From NCBI GenBank assembly GCA_026936045.1, contig JAIXKU010000291.1, positions 1 to 42,963 of the forward strand: a DNA stretch of 42,963 nt, written 5' to 3'. The stretch comes from Flavobacteriales bacterium (GTDB lineage Bacteria > Bacteroidota > Bacteroidia > CAIKAF01). The translations under genes and the position numbers were made by a program. The notes under the pieces are model-generated. The model did not search any database, had not been told where the DNA came from, and saw nothing but the letters and a program-made list of their open reading frames with translations. This document shows, piece after piece, positions 1-11,200 of the stretch (position 1 is its first letter; each line of letters starts with the position of its first letter).

Positions 1-72
1 ATTTTATAAAAAAGATAAGCTAAATTTAACGATTGGAATTTTGCAACGGTCTTATTCTTAGCTACCCCTTAT

Positions 73-2598
73 TTATGGAATAGAAAAAATCAAAAACTTG
101 TTTTGAGAGTTCAATAGTATCGTATAAGGCGAAGTCATACCTTGTATTATATAAGGCATCTTGCCCCAAATAGGTGTGCCTGGCCATATGTTCATAATTC
201 GGTCAAGCATAAAAAGCCGTTCTTGCATATTATCATAAATCGCCTGCATTTCGTCAGATTGGTATATGAGGCGAAAATGGCCATAGTCAACGCTTCCTGA
301 TGCTGCTATCACCTTGTTGTTTCGGCTTACAAGCTTAAATGCATTGTCCTCCCAAATAAGAAAGACGTTTTCTTCACGCTTGTCAAATTTTCCATAGTGA
401 ATCATAACAGCTTGCTTGCTTCGCTGTATGACAACCGGTTTTCGTGTTATGTCTAAATAGCGAATGACGAACGAACCGTTTGCGTCAGAAAACACCAAGG
501 CGCTCAGACTCCAGTCGGCATGCATTACCGGTATCACGGGACTGGTGATGGGATGATCCCAAGCAGGCAACTGCACCGTTTGTCCATTGGTTTTGTAGCC
601 GGTAGCCGCACCGTCATTGCCAATGATCCAAAATGTAAAAGAAGGAGAGGAGGAGGCTACAATCAGAATATCCGTTCTGCCGGGATAAGGATGAGCAAAA
701 AGCATTTTATTTTGTCCGTTGCGATCGGTGCTCCATAGTGTATGATCTTGTTTTTCCCAAATGAGCATGGAGGAGCCTTGTGATAGAGGAAGCAGGCGTA
801 AAACCGGGATATTGATAGGGAAGCCGGGTAAGTCTTTACCTTCGTGTTGGATAAGATTAAGTTTGCCTTCTGTAGCATAAGCTAATTGTGTGCCGGATTC
901 AGGATACCAGTTTACTGTAACCGGCATTGACATAATGGGGCTCTCAAGCATTCTTTTCCATCTTATCTCTCCGGTGGGAGTGAAAGCAATGAGATGCTGT
1001 TGCGTGGCCGTAACAAGCAATGTGTCCTTGCCAATAAGTGGGACAGGGGAGAAGAGAGGTGGCGAGGAGAATTGTATCTCAGACTGAATCGGTATAACAC
1101 TCTGTATGCCGGTATTAATGTTTGTTTGAATCTGGCATCTGGCAATTTCCTTTTTATTCGTCCATTTTATAGATATAGTTTCGAATAGCTGCTGAACCGG
1201 TATATCATCGCTCTTCTCGTCCGAGAAACTATGAAGAAGAGATGGTTGAACCCATAAAGTCCAGGAAGCACTCTGTTTATTGTTCGTGCTAAACGCATCT
1301 TTATATAAAGGATAATTCTGCATCGAGCCTTTTACTATCTCCTGATGATAAAAGGAGATAGACGCAAGAAGGGGGCTGATAATTAAAAAATTGTCTTTAT
1401 GGGTTATGTAATAAGTCGAGGCCTTTAGTAAGTCACCAAAAGGGAATGAGACCAAAAGAGACGAGTCATGACGTATGCTGCAAAGGGCTGAATCGGTTAA
1501 CGAGAGGTTAATAAGCGAGTCGCCCAGTTGTTCGGTTATATGCTTGCTGTCATCGTTTGTGCGAAAAATGAGCCATGTATGAAGCTGCTGATGATAGCTG
1601 TCATAACGACTGGAGATGGCCACAGGTCCAGCCATCAATGAGGTGAGGATATGATTGGGTAAAAGCTTTTTTATACCTTCGGCGTGAAAGTTCAGAATAA
1701 AACCTGTTCGTGTAGGGATATATGGTAAACAGTCATTGACGGTTTCTTCTTTTTCCGGAAACGAATGTATCCATCCCCTATTAGAGGTGATGGGGAAAAG
1801 GCCGTTTAAGTTAACACCATGAGAATCTAATGCTACAGAAAACTCACCTATTTGTTGGGCGTCTGCTGATAGGAGATGTTCAAGTTCTGTTCCTGTATAT
1901 GCTGCACTGAATTTAAACATTGAAGCTAATGAGCCAACCAAGCTAAAAGGAGTAGATGGGGGCTGCATTGAAATTAAGCGATGGTAATCCTCGCGTTTTG
2001 TAAATCCATTTTTATTATGAAGGGTAGCTAAAGCCGATTCCACTAAGCCGATATCAAAAGATGCGATCCAGATATTTTCTTTTATGGCATAGTTTATAAA
2101 CCGATTGCTGAGCGATAACCGCATACGACGTATGATACCATGTTCGTATGGAATTTTTTCCAATGGATGTGTTTTGTTTGATTTTACAGCGAACTGATCG
2201 ATAAAGTATTCTTTTAATGTCCCCTTTAAATTGCAGGTGTAAAGCAGTCGGTAGCCATTTTGTGTATGATGAAGAGACGCATAAAGCGTCGTTTCTGCAA
2301 AAAATTCGGATAAGCCTTCATGGTTTTTTATCAGCGAATCCAGTGGGCGGAAATCATTAATGAATTGCTGGATGGCCGGTATGGTATCAAGCGTTGACCA
2401 AATAGGTAACGCCAGTAATTGACGGCCTTGCTCAAACGGATTATACATCTCAAAAACCATTTCGGCATCAACCGGAATAGCCTCTATAGCCGGAGATTTT
2501 TTGCGAAATACAGGCCGAAGAATGAAAAATAAAGCAACCAGCAACAAAATGGATATTACGGAAGCACCAATTATCCAATTACGCTTTTTATTTTTCAT
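73..2598 (-). CDS. large membrane-anchored protein of unknown function
   Basis: Uninterrupted 841-codon ORF. The N-terminus (MKNKKRNWIIGASVISILLLVALFFIL) is a basic patch plus one hydrophobic helix. The C-terminal third is rich in short G/W/P-containing strands (GKDLPGFPINIP, NDGAATGYKTNGQ), suggestive of a beta-propeller-like fold. No catalytic motif recognised. Confidence 0.6.
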   Translation of the reverse strand: MKNKKRNWIIGASVISILLLVALFFILRPVFRKKSPAIEAIPVDAEMVFEMYNPFEQGRQLLALPIWSTLDTIPAIQQFINDFRPLDSLIKNHEGLSEFFAETTLYASLHHTQNGYRLLYTCNLKGTLKEYFIDQFAVKSNKTHPLEKIPYEHGIIRRMRLSLSNRFINYAIKENIWIASFDIGLVESALATLHNKNGFTKREDYHRLISMQPPSTPFSLVGSLASMFKFSAAYTGTELEHLLSADAQQIGEFSVALDSHGVNLNGLFPITSNRGWIHSFPEKEETVNDCLPYIPTRTGFILNFHAEGIKKLLPNHILTSLMAGPVAISSRYDSYHQQLHTWLIFRTNDDSKHITEQLGDSLINLSLTDSALCSIRHDSSLLVSFPFGDLLKASTYYITHKDNFLIISPLLASISFYHQEIVKGSMQNYPLYKDAFSTNNKQSASWTLWVQPSLLHSFSDEKSDDIPVQQLFETISIKWTNKKEIARCQIQTNINTGIQSVIPIQSEIQFSSPPLFSPVPLIGKDTLLVTATQQHLIAFTPTGEIRWKRMLESPIMSMPVTVNWYPESGTQLAYATEGKLNLIQHEGKDLPGFPINIPVLRLLPLSQGSSMLIWEKQDHTLWSTDRNGQNKMLFAHPYPGRTDILIVASSSPSFTFWIIGNDGAATGYKTNGQTVQLPAWDHPITSPVIPVMHADWSLSALVFSDANGSFVIRYLDITRKPVVIQRSKQAVMIHYGKFDKREENVFLIWEDNAFKLVSRNNKVIAASGSVDYGHFRLIYQSDEMQAIYDNMQERLFMLDRIMNIWPGTPIWGKMPYIIQGMTSPYTILLNSQNKFLIFSIP

Positions 2599-2713
2599 AC
2601 AGCGTAAATTTATTTGAAAAGAGAATTTGTTTTAGGTCGTTTTTTGAAATTTAATCAACAGCCTGTTATTAATGAAACATTGGGTTGATAGATAAAAATG
2701 AAATGAGTTACTG

Positions 2714-2721
2714 TATTTTTG
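2714..2721 (+). promoter_or_regulatory. Bacteroidota-type -7 promoter box (TATTTTTG, matches TAnnTTTG)
   Basis: Exact match to the TAnnTTTG consensus. It ends 4 nt before the ATG at 2726, which implies a near-leaderless transcript. Confidence 0.4.
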
Positions 2722-2725
2722 ATGT

Positions 2726-3211
2726 ATGAAGACACTTGTTTTAGTTCGGCATGCAAAGTCAAATAGAGATAATCCGTTTCTAAAAGATTTTGACAGGCCG
2801 TTGAGTCAAAAGGGTTTGCTTGATGCGCCCATGATGGCCTCTCGCTTAAAAAATAAAAGGATTTGGCCAGATGTGATTGTGAGTTCAGAAGCAAAAAGAG
2901 CGATAACAACAGCCGTGTTATTTCATCAATCAATAGATGATAAGGACATCCCTTTTGTAAAAGACTCATCGCTTTATCACGCGCCATCCGCTATTATTAT
3001 GGCCGTCTTTAAAAAATATATCTCCGATTTTGATACGGTGATGATTGTAGCGCACAATCCCGGCATAACTGATTTTTTGAATCGTTACTCTAATCTCACT
3101 ATTGATAATATGCCTACATGTGGTATGGCGATTTGCCGTTTTGATACTAATTTAGCATTTGATAGCAAGCCGTTTACTTTAGTAGATTTCGATTATCCTT
3201 CTAAGATTTAA
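2726..3211 (+). CDS. histidine phosphatase family protein (SixA-like phosphohistidine phosphatase)
   Basis: 161 aa. The N-terminal LVLVRHAKS contains the RHA/G catalytic motif of the histidine phosphatase superfamily. A second His motif (VAHNPG) lies near the C-terminal third. Size is typical of SixA. Confidence 0.75.
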   Translation: MKTLVLVRHAKSNRDNPFLKDFDRPLSQKGLLDAPMMASRLKNKRIWPDVIVSSEAKRAITTAVLFHQSIDDKDIPFVKDSSLYHAPSAIIMAVFKKYISDFDTVMIVAHNPGITDFLNRYSNLTIDNMPTCGMAICRFDTNLAFDSKPFTLVDFDYPSKI

Positions 3212-3213
3212 CC

Positions 3214-3993
3214 ATGAAGCATTTTGTACATAAAAAATCCTTCGGCCAGCATTTCCTTAAAGAGAAATCAATAGCTCAGGACATTGTGCAGGCTATGATA
3301 TCTACCGGTTATCAAGGCCCTTTATTAGAAATTGGACCGGGGCATGGTGCTTTGACAGATTTCTTGGTGACTTTTCCGTCCTTTGATCTGTTTCTTAACG
3401 AGTTGGACCATACGCTCTATGATTATTTAACTCAAAAATACAGGCTTGACGATGCACATCTTTTGAAAGCGGATTTCCTTACGCTTGATATTACTAGTTT
3501 GTTTCCCAATGGCTGTGCCATAATAGGCAACTTCCCCTATAATATTTCCACACAAATCATATTTCATATTCTGCATCATTACGCATCCGTTCCGGTTGTG
3601 GTTGGGATGTTTCAGAAAGAAGTAGCTATGCGGATAGCATCTAAAAATGGGTCCAAAGTCTATGGCATAACAAGTGTGCTTACACAGGCTTGGTATGATG
3701 TAGAGTATCTTATTACTGTGCCTGAACATGTATTTGACCCGCCGCCCAAGGTGCAGTCCGGTGTGATTCGGATGATACGAAAGGCGACACCGTCTGTTCA
3801 AAATCCGGATTTGTTTTTTAAAGTTGTGAAAGCCGGTTTTGGACAACGCAGAAAAACTTTGCGAAATGCGCTAAAAACATTACATTTGCCCGTTGGTTGG
3901 GAAAAGCTCCCTTGGCTTGATAAGCGCGCAGAGCAATTAAGTTTGGGTGATTTTGTAGAGCTGATACAACAAATTAAAATAATAACAGGGTAA
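3214..3993 (+). CDS. rsmA: 16S rRNA (adenine1518/1519-N6)-dimethyltransferase
   Basis: KKSFGQHFL N-terminal signature, LEIGPGHGALT SAM-binding motif I, GNFPYNIST (N-x-P-Y) motif. 259 aa. Starts 2 nt after the upstream stop. Confidence 0.9.
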   Translation: MKHFVHKKSFGQHFLKEKSIAQDIVQAMISTGYQGPLLEIGPGHGALTDFLVTFPSFDLFLNELDHTLYDYLTQKYRLDDAHLLKADFLTLDITSLFPNGCAIIGNFPYNISTQIIFHILHHYASVPVVVGMFQKEVAMRIASKNGSKVYGITSVLTQAWYDVEYLITVPEHVFDPPPKVQSGVIRMIRKATPSVQNPDLFFKVVKAGFGQRRKTLRNALKTLHLPVGWEKLPWLDKRAEQLSLGDFVELIQQIKIITG

Positions 3994-4013
3994 ATGGATA
4001 TTCCGGTCAGAAG

Positions 4014-5375
4014 GTGCAAATTGAAATCACATCGCAGTTTATCGAACGGCTCGTATCCCTTATTGAAAGCCGTGAAGAGACTCAGATCCTTGAGTTAATA
4101 GGCGACCTCCATCCCGTTGATTTAGCAGAAATATTTGAAGAAATAACGCCGGTTAGGGCTAAATATCTTTATACGCTTATAGATGAAGAAAAGGCAGCAG
4201 AAGTGGTTACCTTTTTGGATGAGAATGTCCGAACAAAGTTCCTAAACCAGCTTACATCCAAAGAGATTGCTGAAAATTTTGTTGAGAATCTTGATTCGGA
4301 TGATGCGGCAGATATTATTTCTGAATTATCTGAGGAACGCCAGCGTGAAGTGCTCTCGGAAATTGAAGATATTGACATCGCCAGCGATATTGTTGACTTG
4401 CTTCAGTATAAAGAAGACACGGCCGGCGGATTAATGGCAAAAGAGCTGGTTAAGATTAATGTTAACTGGTCGAGAGAAAAGGTGGTGGACGAAGTGCGCC
4501 TTCAGTCGCATGAAGTAGATCATGTTTATACGGTGTATGTTGTAGATGATAATAACGTGTTGCTTGGTATTCTCCCATTGAAAAAGCTGCTTATTGAGCC
4601 GGAAAGTGTGCGTATTGAAGATATGTATATTGATAAGATTCAATATGCCATTGTGCATCAGTCGGCAGAAGAGGTCTCCAGTATTATGAATAAATATGAT
4701 TTGGTTGTATTGCCGGTTGTAGATGAGATAGGGCGTTTGGTTGGTCGTATTACGATTGATGATGTGGTGGATGTATTGCAAGAAGAGGCCGAGAAGGATT
4801 ATCAATTGATGAGCGGTTTGAGTGGTACTTCCGAATCGGATGATTCTATTTGGGCGCTTTCGCGCGTTCGCATTCCATGGTTGCTTGTGGGCTTGCTAGG
4901 TGGCATTGTCGGCTCTCGCGTAATCAGTGTTTATGAAGATCAGATTAAGATTTATCCGGAGATGGCTTTCTTTATGCCACTTATTGCTGCGATGGGTGGT
5001 AATGCGGGTGTGCAGTCCAGTGCTATCATCGTGCAAGGACTGGCTAATCAGTCATTAAAGAAAGGGGATACATGGGTGAAGTTCTTTAAAGAGCTTTCAG
5101 TAGGCATGTTTAACGGGATTATCTGTGCATCCGTCATTCTTGTATATAATATTGTATTTGGCAATTCGCCGGCATTGGCTGTTACAGTTAGTGTGGCCAT
5201 GTTGACCGTTATCCTGGTGGCATCTATTATGGGTACATTTATTCCTTTGACGTTGCATCGATTTAAGATTGACCCGGCTCTTGCTACAGGCCCATTCGTG
5301 ACGACCACGAATGATATTACCGGTATGTTCATTTATTTTCTTATCGGTCGCTTGATGTATGGCATGACTTTCTAA
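4014..5375 (+). CDS. mgtE: magnesium transporter MgtE
   Basis: Acidic MgtE N-domain (DSDDAADIISELSEERQREVLSEIEDID), tandem CBS-like segments (VYVVDDNNVLLGILPLKKLL; LPVVDEIGRLVGRITIDDVVDVL) and a C-terminal multi-TM channel domain. GTG start at 4014. Confidence 0.9.
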   Translation: MQIEITSQFIERLVSLIESREETQILELIGDLHPVDLAEIFEEITPVRAKYLYTLIDEEKAAEVVTFLDENVRTKFLNQLTSKEIAENFVENLDSDDAADIISELSEERQREVLSEIEDIDIASDIVDLLQYKEDTAGGLMAKELVKINVNWSREKVVDEVRLQSHEVDHVYTVYVVDDNNVLLGILPLKKLLIEPESVRIEDMYIDKIQYAIVHQSAEEVSSIMNKYDLVVLPVVDEIGRLVGRITIDDVVDVLQEEAEKDYQLMSGLSGTSESDDSIWALSRVRIPWLLVGLLGGIVGSRVISVYEDQIKIYPEMAFFMPLIAAMGGNAGVQSSAIIVQGLANQSLKKGDTWVKFFKELSVGMFNGIICASVILVYNIVFGNSPALAVTVSVAMLTVILVASIMGTFIPLTLHRFKIDPALATGPFVTTTNDITGMFIYFLIGRLMYGMTF

Positions 5376-8269
5376 TCCTCGACTTTCGAGCGTCTGCAAA
5401 TCATTGTATATGGGCAATATCCGCAATGTACATTATGTGGTGTTTGGTCAAATGCTATGTTAGGATTAAAGAGGTCTTCCATGCAATTTTTTAGTCCTTT
5501 TTCAATCTCCTCGAAATAGATGCGGCTATCATTAATGATGGCTGTATCTTGCCTAAGCCGAATATCAAAATCTGACCTTTGGATATCTCTTATAAACATC
5601 AATACAGGCATAATAGGCATGTTGTCATCATAGAAATGCCCTGTTATGTATGCATACAATAAAACCTGTAAAGCATAATTGGCTCTTTTCTTAGCATGTA
5701 TTTCAAATAAATCACTAACTAGCTTAAACTCTTTCTTTTTTTCAGACGAACCGGTTTTGTAATCTATTACACGAATTGCTTGGCCGACCTTGTCCAATCG
5801 GTCTATTTTCCCTCCAATGCGAACCGTTATCTCATTTAGATTAAAATTCATGACATCTTTTTCTTCCATTTTCAAAATGGTAAGTGGCGCATGTTTAACA
5901 TCATAATCTAAAATCTTACGGATATATTCTTTCAGAATATTATAGACAATCAGCTCCGAACCCTGAAATTCGTATGGATATAAACTATCTTCTCCCACTA
6001 TTATTTTATGAAAAGCCCTATTAATACAATGATCAATGTCTGTATGTAATGCATTAATCTGTGTTTCTGAAAAATCGGATGATTTGTTTTTTAGTGCGCC
6101 CGTTTCATAAATGTATTGCATGGTTTGGTGCAGCAGGTTGCCAAATACGGCGAGATTGATATCTTCTTCGGCATTAGTATCTTCTTGTAATCCGGCGATA
6201 TAACGAAAATAAAACTTGAGCCGGCAGTCTAAATACGTGTTGATGGCAGAGGGTGTAAGGTATGTGCCATTTTCTACATTTGTTGTGTATTTCCTTAATT
6301 GGTTGAGAATCTCAGTACTCTTGCCGATAGCAATAGGTTTGGGTAATTCAACAGATGTGACTTTGTTTTCTTTGAACTCAAATAAACGGTCTTTCGGTAA
6401 GTCGGCCCTGATCTGTTGGATATAGCGAGACGGCTCGCCCGGTTGCAAATCGCTGGCTAGCGTATTATAAAACAGATGTGTGGTTTGAGATCTGTTAAGC
6501 AAGCGATAGAAATAATAACTGTACATGCGATGATGTGTTTCGGGCGTGGTTAGGCCAAAAGCCCGACGTATGCTATATGGAATATACGAATGAGACGATG
6601 ATGATGGCGGCAGAATATCTTCGTTGCAGTCGGTGATAAACACATGGTTGAAGTCAAGACATTGTGATTCGATTAATCCCATAATCTGAATACGGTTTGT
6701 CGAATCAGATTGGAATGGCACGCGTGTATTGCGAATGAGCTGTCTGACTAAACGAATGGATATGTCTATTGAAAGCGGAATGTTCTCCTCTTCTGCGGCT
6801 GTAATTAAGTCACGTATTGCTTGAGAAAAAGTGCTTGTTAGCTCTTTCTGTATCTCATCAATATATGTGTGTGCCGTATCTTTTATGTATACTATTAAAT
6901 GAGCAAAGAAGCTGTTTAACTGTTTTAGAAATTCAATGCCATCATGCAGAGGATAAAGCAAATTGGTTATGTCTTTCCATTCATACGGCAAATTCTTTAG
7001 GTATATCCATAAGATCTTTTCTGTCTCAATATCTTTCTTCCAGCGATCTCTACCTTGAGCAAAAGGGGCTAGTAATGGGTGATTGATAAATTGAAAAAAA
7101 CGTTTGCGACTGTATTTGTAATCATCACCTTCTTTGACGGCAAAGCGATGCATTTCACAGATACCTTCAAAAAGTGTGGCCGGTAATGAATGCAATAGTT
7201 GCAAACCCATTGTGATGTTGAGCCGATCGGTTGTATGTTCACCGATTATCGGACTGATGGAAGAAAGTAACGGCTGAAGTTTACTGTCATCCGGTAAAAT
7301 AATTGCGATACTATCTTGCGGCTGAATAATTGGTTTTTCTTTTTGCTTGCTTCCTGATTCGGGCACTTTCCCATTAATTAATGTGCTGATGCGCTGAAAC
7401 TGGGATACAGATTTAGTTATATCGTAGAGATAAACCTCTTTTTCTCCTTGGAGAGCCTTATTTACGGATACAAATTTGTCCTTGTATTTTCGGTAATAAT
7501 AGCCGGCTTCGTAATCGGGATTCTCTGTGTAAAGTTTATCTACATCCCAAAAGAAGCGTGTCTGATACGTTTTCTTTAGGTGAGAAAAAAGCTGGACCTC
7601 GGAAGGTGTCAACGTGTTGAATCCTGCAATGATAAGATGTGCAGAGGGTGGCAATATCGTCGGTAAATATAATTCAGGTTTCTCGGCCAGTTTCCTATAC
7701 AGCATGCCGGTATAGGCGATGTGTTTTTCCTCTAGGATTGCCTGAAAGTCAGTATAGATATTACCTAATTCTTTCCATAAGTGTAAAAAGGACTTTTGTT
7801 CATCGCTGATACGCTCGGGATGAAAGGCTGCCCAGAATTGTTTAATAGCCTGTATTTGCTCCTCGTCAAGATAGTAGAAGCGCTGCGTAATTTCCTTTTC
7901 TTTCAGTAATACACTAAACAGGTCGTTCGTCTTAACTAAATGTTTGTCTATCTCTGAAAAATCAAGCAGGAGCATCTCACCCCAAGAATAAAACAAATCA
8001 TAATTTTCCTTACCCAATAGATGTTTTCGAAAAATGTGATATAAAATAGCAATGAGATGAAAATTATTGGTTTTGGCGTATGGTAACGCTTTTTGTATAA
8101 AGTCGTCAATGGAATAGATATGTGGCGCCTGGCACACATTTCCTTTGTCGTGCAAGGCCTTTATTAAATAATCAGCCGGTCGGCGATTAGGAAATAAGAC
8201 AAAAACCGAAACTGGTTCTTCCTTGTATGTTTCTGTTAGATATTTAGCTATTTCCTGTATAAAACTCAT
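5372..8269 (-). CDS. AddB-type helicase-nuclease subunit (PD-(D/E)XK nuclease with Fe-S cysteine cluster)
   Basis: 965 aa. The C-terminal nuclease motifs are GKIDRLD, RVIDYKTGS and LQVLLYAY. One upstream Cys (YLDCRLKFYF) plus CGYCPYTMIC (C-x2-C-x5-C) match the AddB iron-sulfur pattern. There is no intact Walker A at the N-terminus. A 7-nt gap separates it from the upstream helicase gene. Confidence 0.75.
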   Translation of the reverse strand: MSFIQEIAKYLTETYKEEPVSVFVLFPNRRPADYLIKALHDKGNVCQAPHIYSIDDFIQKALPYAKTNNFHLIAILYHIFRKHLLGKENYDLFYSWGEMLLLDFSEIDKHLVKTNDLFSVLLKEKEITQRFYYLDEEQIQAIKQFWAAFHPERISDEQKSFLHLWKELGNIYTDFQAILEEKHIAYTGMLYRKLAEKPELYLPTILPPSAHLIIAGFNTLTPSEVQLFSHLKKTYQTRFFWDVDKLYTENPDYEAGYYYRKYKDKFVSVNKALQGEKEVYLYDITKSVSQFQRISTLINGKVPESGSKQKEKPIIQPQDSIAIILPDDSKLQPLLSSISPIIGEHTTDRLNITMGLQLLHSLPATLFEGICEMHRFAVKEGDDYKYSRKRFFQFINHPLLAPFAQGRDRWKKDIETEKILWIYLKNLPYEWKDITNLLYPLHDGIEFLKQLNSFFAHLIVYIKDTAHTYIDEIQKELTSTFSQAIRDLITAAEEENIPLSIDISIRLVRQLIRNTRVPFQSDSTNRIQIMGLIESQCLDFNHVFITDCNEDILPPSSSSHSYIPYSIRRAFGLTTPETHHRMYSYYFYRLLNRSQTTHLFYNTLASDLQPGEPSRYIQQIRADLPKDRLFEFKENKVTSVELPKPIAIGKSTEILNQLRKYTTNVENGTYLTPSAINTYLDCRLKFYFRYIAGLQEDTNAEEDINLAVFGNLLHQTMQYIYETGALKNKSSDFSETQINALHTDIDHCINRAFHKIIVGEDSLYPYEFQGSELIVYNILKEYIRKILDYDVKHAPLTILKMEEKDVMNFNLNEITVRIGGKIDRLDKVGQAIRVIDYKTGSSEKKKEFKLVSDLFEIHAKKRANYALQVLLYAYITGHFYDDNMPIMPVLMFIRDIQRSDFDIRLRQDTAIINDSRIYFEEIEKGLKNCMEDLFNPNIAFDQTPHNVHCGYCPYTMICRRSKVED

Positions 8270-8276
8270 GATATAT

Positions 8277-11200
8277 TCAGGCTGTCTGGTTTATTTCTTC
8301 TATGCTGTTGTTTGCAATATAATACAGATAACCGATGGCTCTTTTCTTGTATATTTTTGAGGCCACCTGACAATACGCTTTCACTTGCTCAATATGTGAC
8401 GCATTGGGATCGCCGGTTTTAAAATCAACAATGATGACAGACTCATTTCTAAATATCATTCTGTCAGGTCTTAAAACACGCCCGTCTTCTTGTATGAGCG
8501 GCTGCTCCGTCAGTACTAAATTATTTTTTTCAAACCAGCTTTTTGAAATGGGGTGTGCATCAAGCTGTTCAATTAGCTGATTGTAGAACGTTATCTCATC
8601 AGCATCAAAATACGCTGTATCGCTGTACAATTTGATGATTGTTTTGGCATCATCAAAGGTTCTCATTCTGGATAATAAATCATGCACGGCCAACCCTTTT
8701 TCTTGCCAGGGCTTTTTGGCTTCCGGCGTTTTTCTCAGTCGGGTGTTTTTCCAAGGATAGCCGTATGTGAAATCCTGTACGTACATGGGTGCTATATCTT
8801 TGTCTGACGACTTAGAGACCTTGTTTGTTTTTTCGCCTAATTCCAAACAGGCGTTTGGGGCATCAAGAGATAAACTGAAATCGGTAAAGATATTGTTTTT
8901 GTCTTCTATAGCCGGTGCCGTCAAGCCATGCCAAAGCAAGGAAGAGACATTCTTATGCTCTATTGTATTGTCCGGCGCCTTTAAATAGACATATAATTCA
9001 TTTTCTGCACGGGTAAGGGCTACATATAATAAATTCAGATTATCGAGATAGGCCGCAGATTTTTCTTCCATGTATTCTTTTCTAAAATATGTTTTCAGAG
9101 TATCTTGCTTGTATTTGATAGGAATCAATGGTGTTTGCCATCTAAGATCTTTATGAGGCCTCACCCATAACTTCTTATCGCTGTTAGGGCGATGGTCGAG
9201 GCTCCAACTACAAAATGGAAGTATGACAACAGGAAATTCCAGACCTTTTGATTTATGTATTGTAAGGATGCGAATGGCGTTCTGTGTCTCGGAGAGTTTA
9301 ATTGTTTTGAGCTGTCCTTCATTATCCCACCATTCAATAAATTGGGATAAGACACCGCCATATTCGTTATGATATTGTATGCTCTCGTCACAAAAAGCCT
9401 GAAAAAATGTTTCGTCTTCTTTTCTGAATAAGCCTGCATCGTTGAATACGACATGCAATGTGGCAATCATATCCTTAATGGTTTGTTGAGAAATCGTGTC
9501 TTTATTTTCTATTACATACCGGATCGGCGGGGGAGGAAAGAGTATAAATTGATGTAAATGATCGACATTGTTTTCGGTTAGATATAATGCATATTGAGTG
9601 ATCATATGCCCTGTTTGAATAGAAGCATTCACACCGGCTATAAGTTTAATGGCCGAGATAATAAGCTGAACATAACTGTTATTTGAAATCTGCAACGATT
9701 CTTCACTGATAATGCCGGTGTTCAATTCTGCTTTTGTTAACTGGTTGAAAAGAAGAGCGGCTTCTTTTCCGTTTCTGCATAATAAAACAATATCGCGTGG
9801 CTGATAATTTCTACTTATAGCATCTGTAATTTGTAGAATAATATCTTCTATGACCAAGTCTTGCCAGTCTATTCCGGTTTCTTCCGCTTCGGCATGCATG
9901 TTCCTAACCAATACATAACCGGTTAATTTTGAATTATAATGTTGTTGCTGTCCTTGATATGCATCAACAAACCATCGGTAAGCATCGGATTGAATATTGT
10001 TATCTTCAAACTCCCGTGTAAATTGCCTGCTCAGCATTTGGGGTAACGAGGAAAATAAGGTGTTGTTAAACCGCACGATTTCTATCGCACTCCTGTAGTT
10101 TATGTTTAATTGAATCACCTGATGGATAGGGATATCTTGCTCCGCATGATACATTAATAAACGCCAATCGCCATTTCTGAAACGATAGATAGATTGTTTT
10201 ACATCACCTACCAGCATACACAAATACCCTTGCGATATACTGTTGCTGATGAGCGGTTTAAAGTTCTTCCATTGCAAAGAAGACGTGTCCTGAAATTCAT
10301 CCAACAGAAAATGATGGTAATACGTGCCGGCTTTTTCATAGACAAAAGATTCTTCGTTATTTTGAATGATACGGTAAATCAAAGCGGCCGTATCAGGCAT
10401 AAGTATCACTTCATGTTCATCTCTGTATTGTCGTATATAGGATTGTATTTCTGATAGAATACCCAGCTGATACAAATTCTCTTTCGCTAATAAGGCGCTG
10501 AAATAGTGTTGCCCATGATCGTTGATATAGATGTAAATCTTTTCCAATAGTGGATTAATCTCCGGATACAATGCCTGAATACGATCAATGATATCCTTAT
10601 CAGTTGTTTTGGTGTACCATTTCTCAAGGTAGCCAATACTGTTACAAAAGGTATCTGTTAGGCTAAAGTCATGTGCTTTTATTTTTTGAAATATTTGCAT
10701 GAATGATCGTCCTTTTCCTGAGAAATCGTTTGGCGCTAAATGGTGTTTGTTTAATAACGCCTCACCGTCTTTGACCCAGACTTCAAGTTGCTGACGGAAG
10801 CTTTTAATTTGTACATTAATTTGTTCCGACAGTTGGTGTATTTTCTCTTTGTCGTTCACAAATGCAGCAATCTGGGGCTCCAATTCGATAAACTCTTCCT
10901 TAAATATATGCTTTGCAAAGGCGAAAAGTTGCGCACGTATATCCCAGTTCTTTGATTCATCAGCCAGCTCTCTTGAGAATTGCGAAATCCACTTTGTTAG
11001 ATTGGTATCGGGCTTTAGTTCATCCATCATTTTGTTGATGGATTCTTCCAATACCAAATCGGTGTCCATTTCGAGCCGAAACCCGGCGCTGAGGCCAATA
11101 TCCTTCGCAAACCCACGTATAATACGCTGAAAGAAACTATCTATCGTCTGAATATTGAAATCGTGGTATTGATGCAGCAGCCGGTTATATATAATTTTAC

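Noticed and set aside
520-1188. Several 60-72 aa ORFs on both strands inside the 841-aa gene. Similar short ORFs lie inside mgtE, the addA/addB-like genes, ALDH, the TBDR, thrS, korA and others.
   Set aside because: All are embedded in, and mostly antisense to, long ORFs with clear family motifs. Their translations are low-complexity or Cys/Arg-rich and have no signal or motif.
2655-2987. 110-aa minus-strand ORF overlapping the start of the sixA-like gene.
   Set aside because: It overlaps a gene with a clear RHA catalytic motif and its own promoter box, and its translation has no protein-like features.
3994-4013. Possible M-box (Mg2+) riboswitch upstream of mgtE.
   Set aside because: Only 20 nt separate the rsmA stop from the mgtE start, far too short for an M-box.
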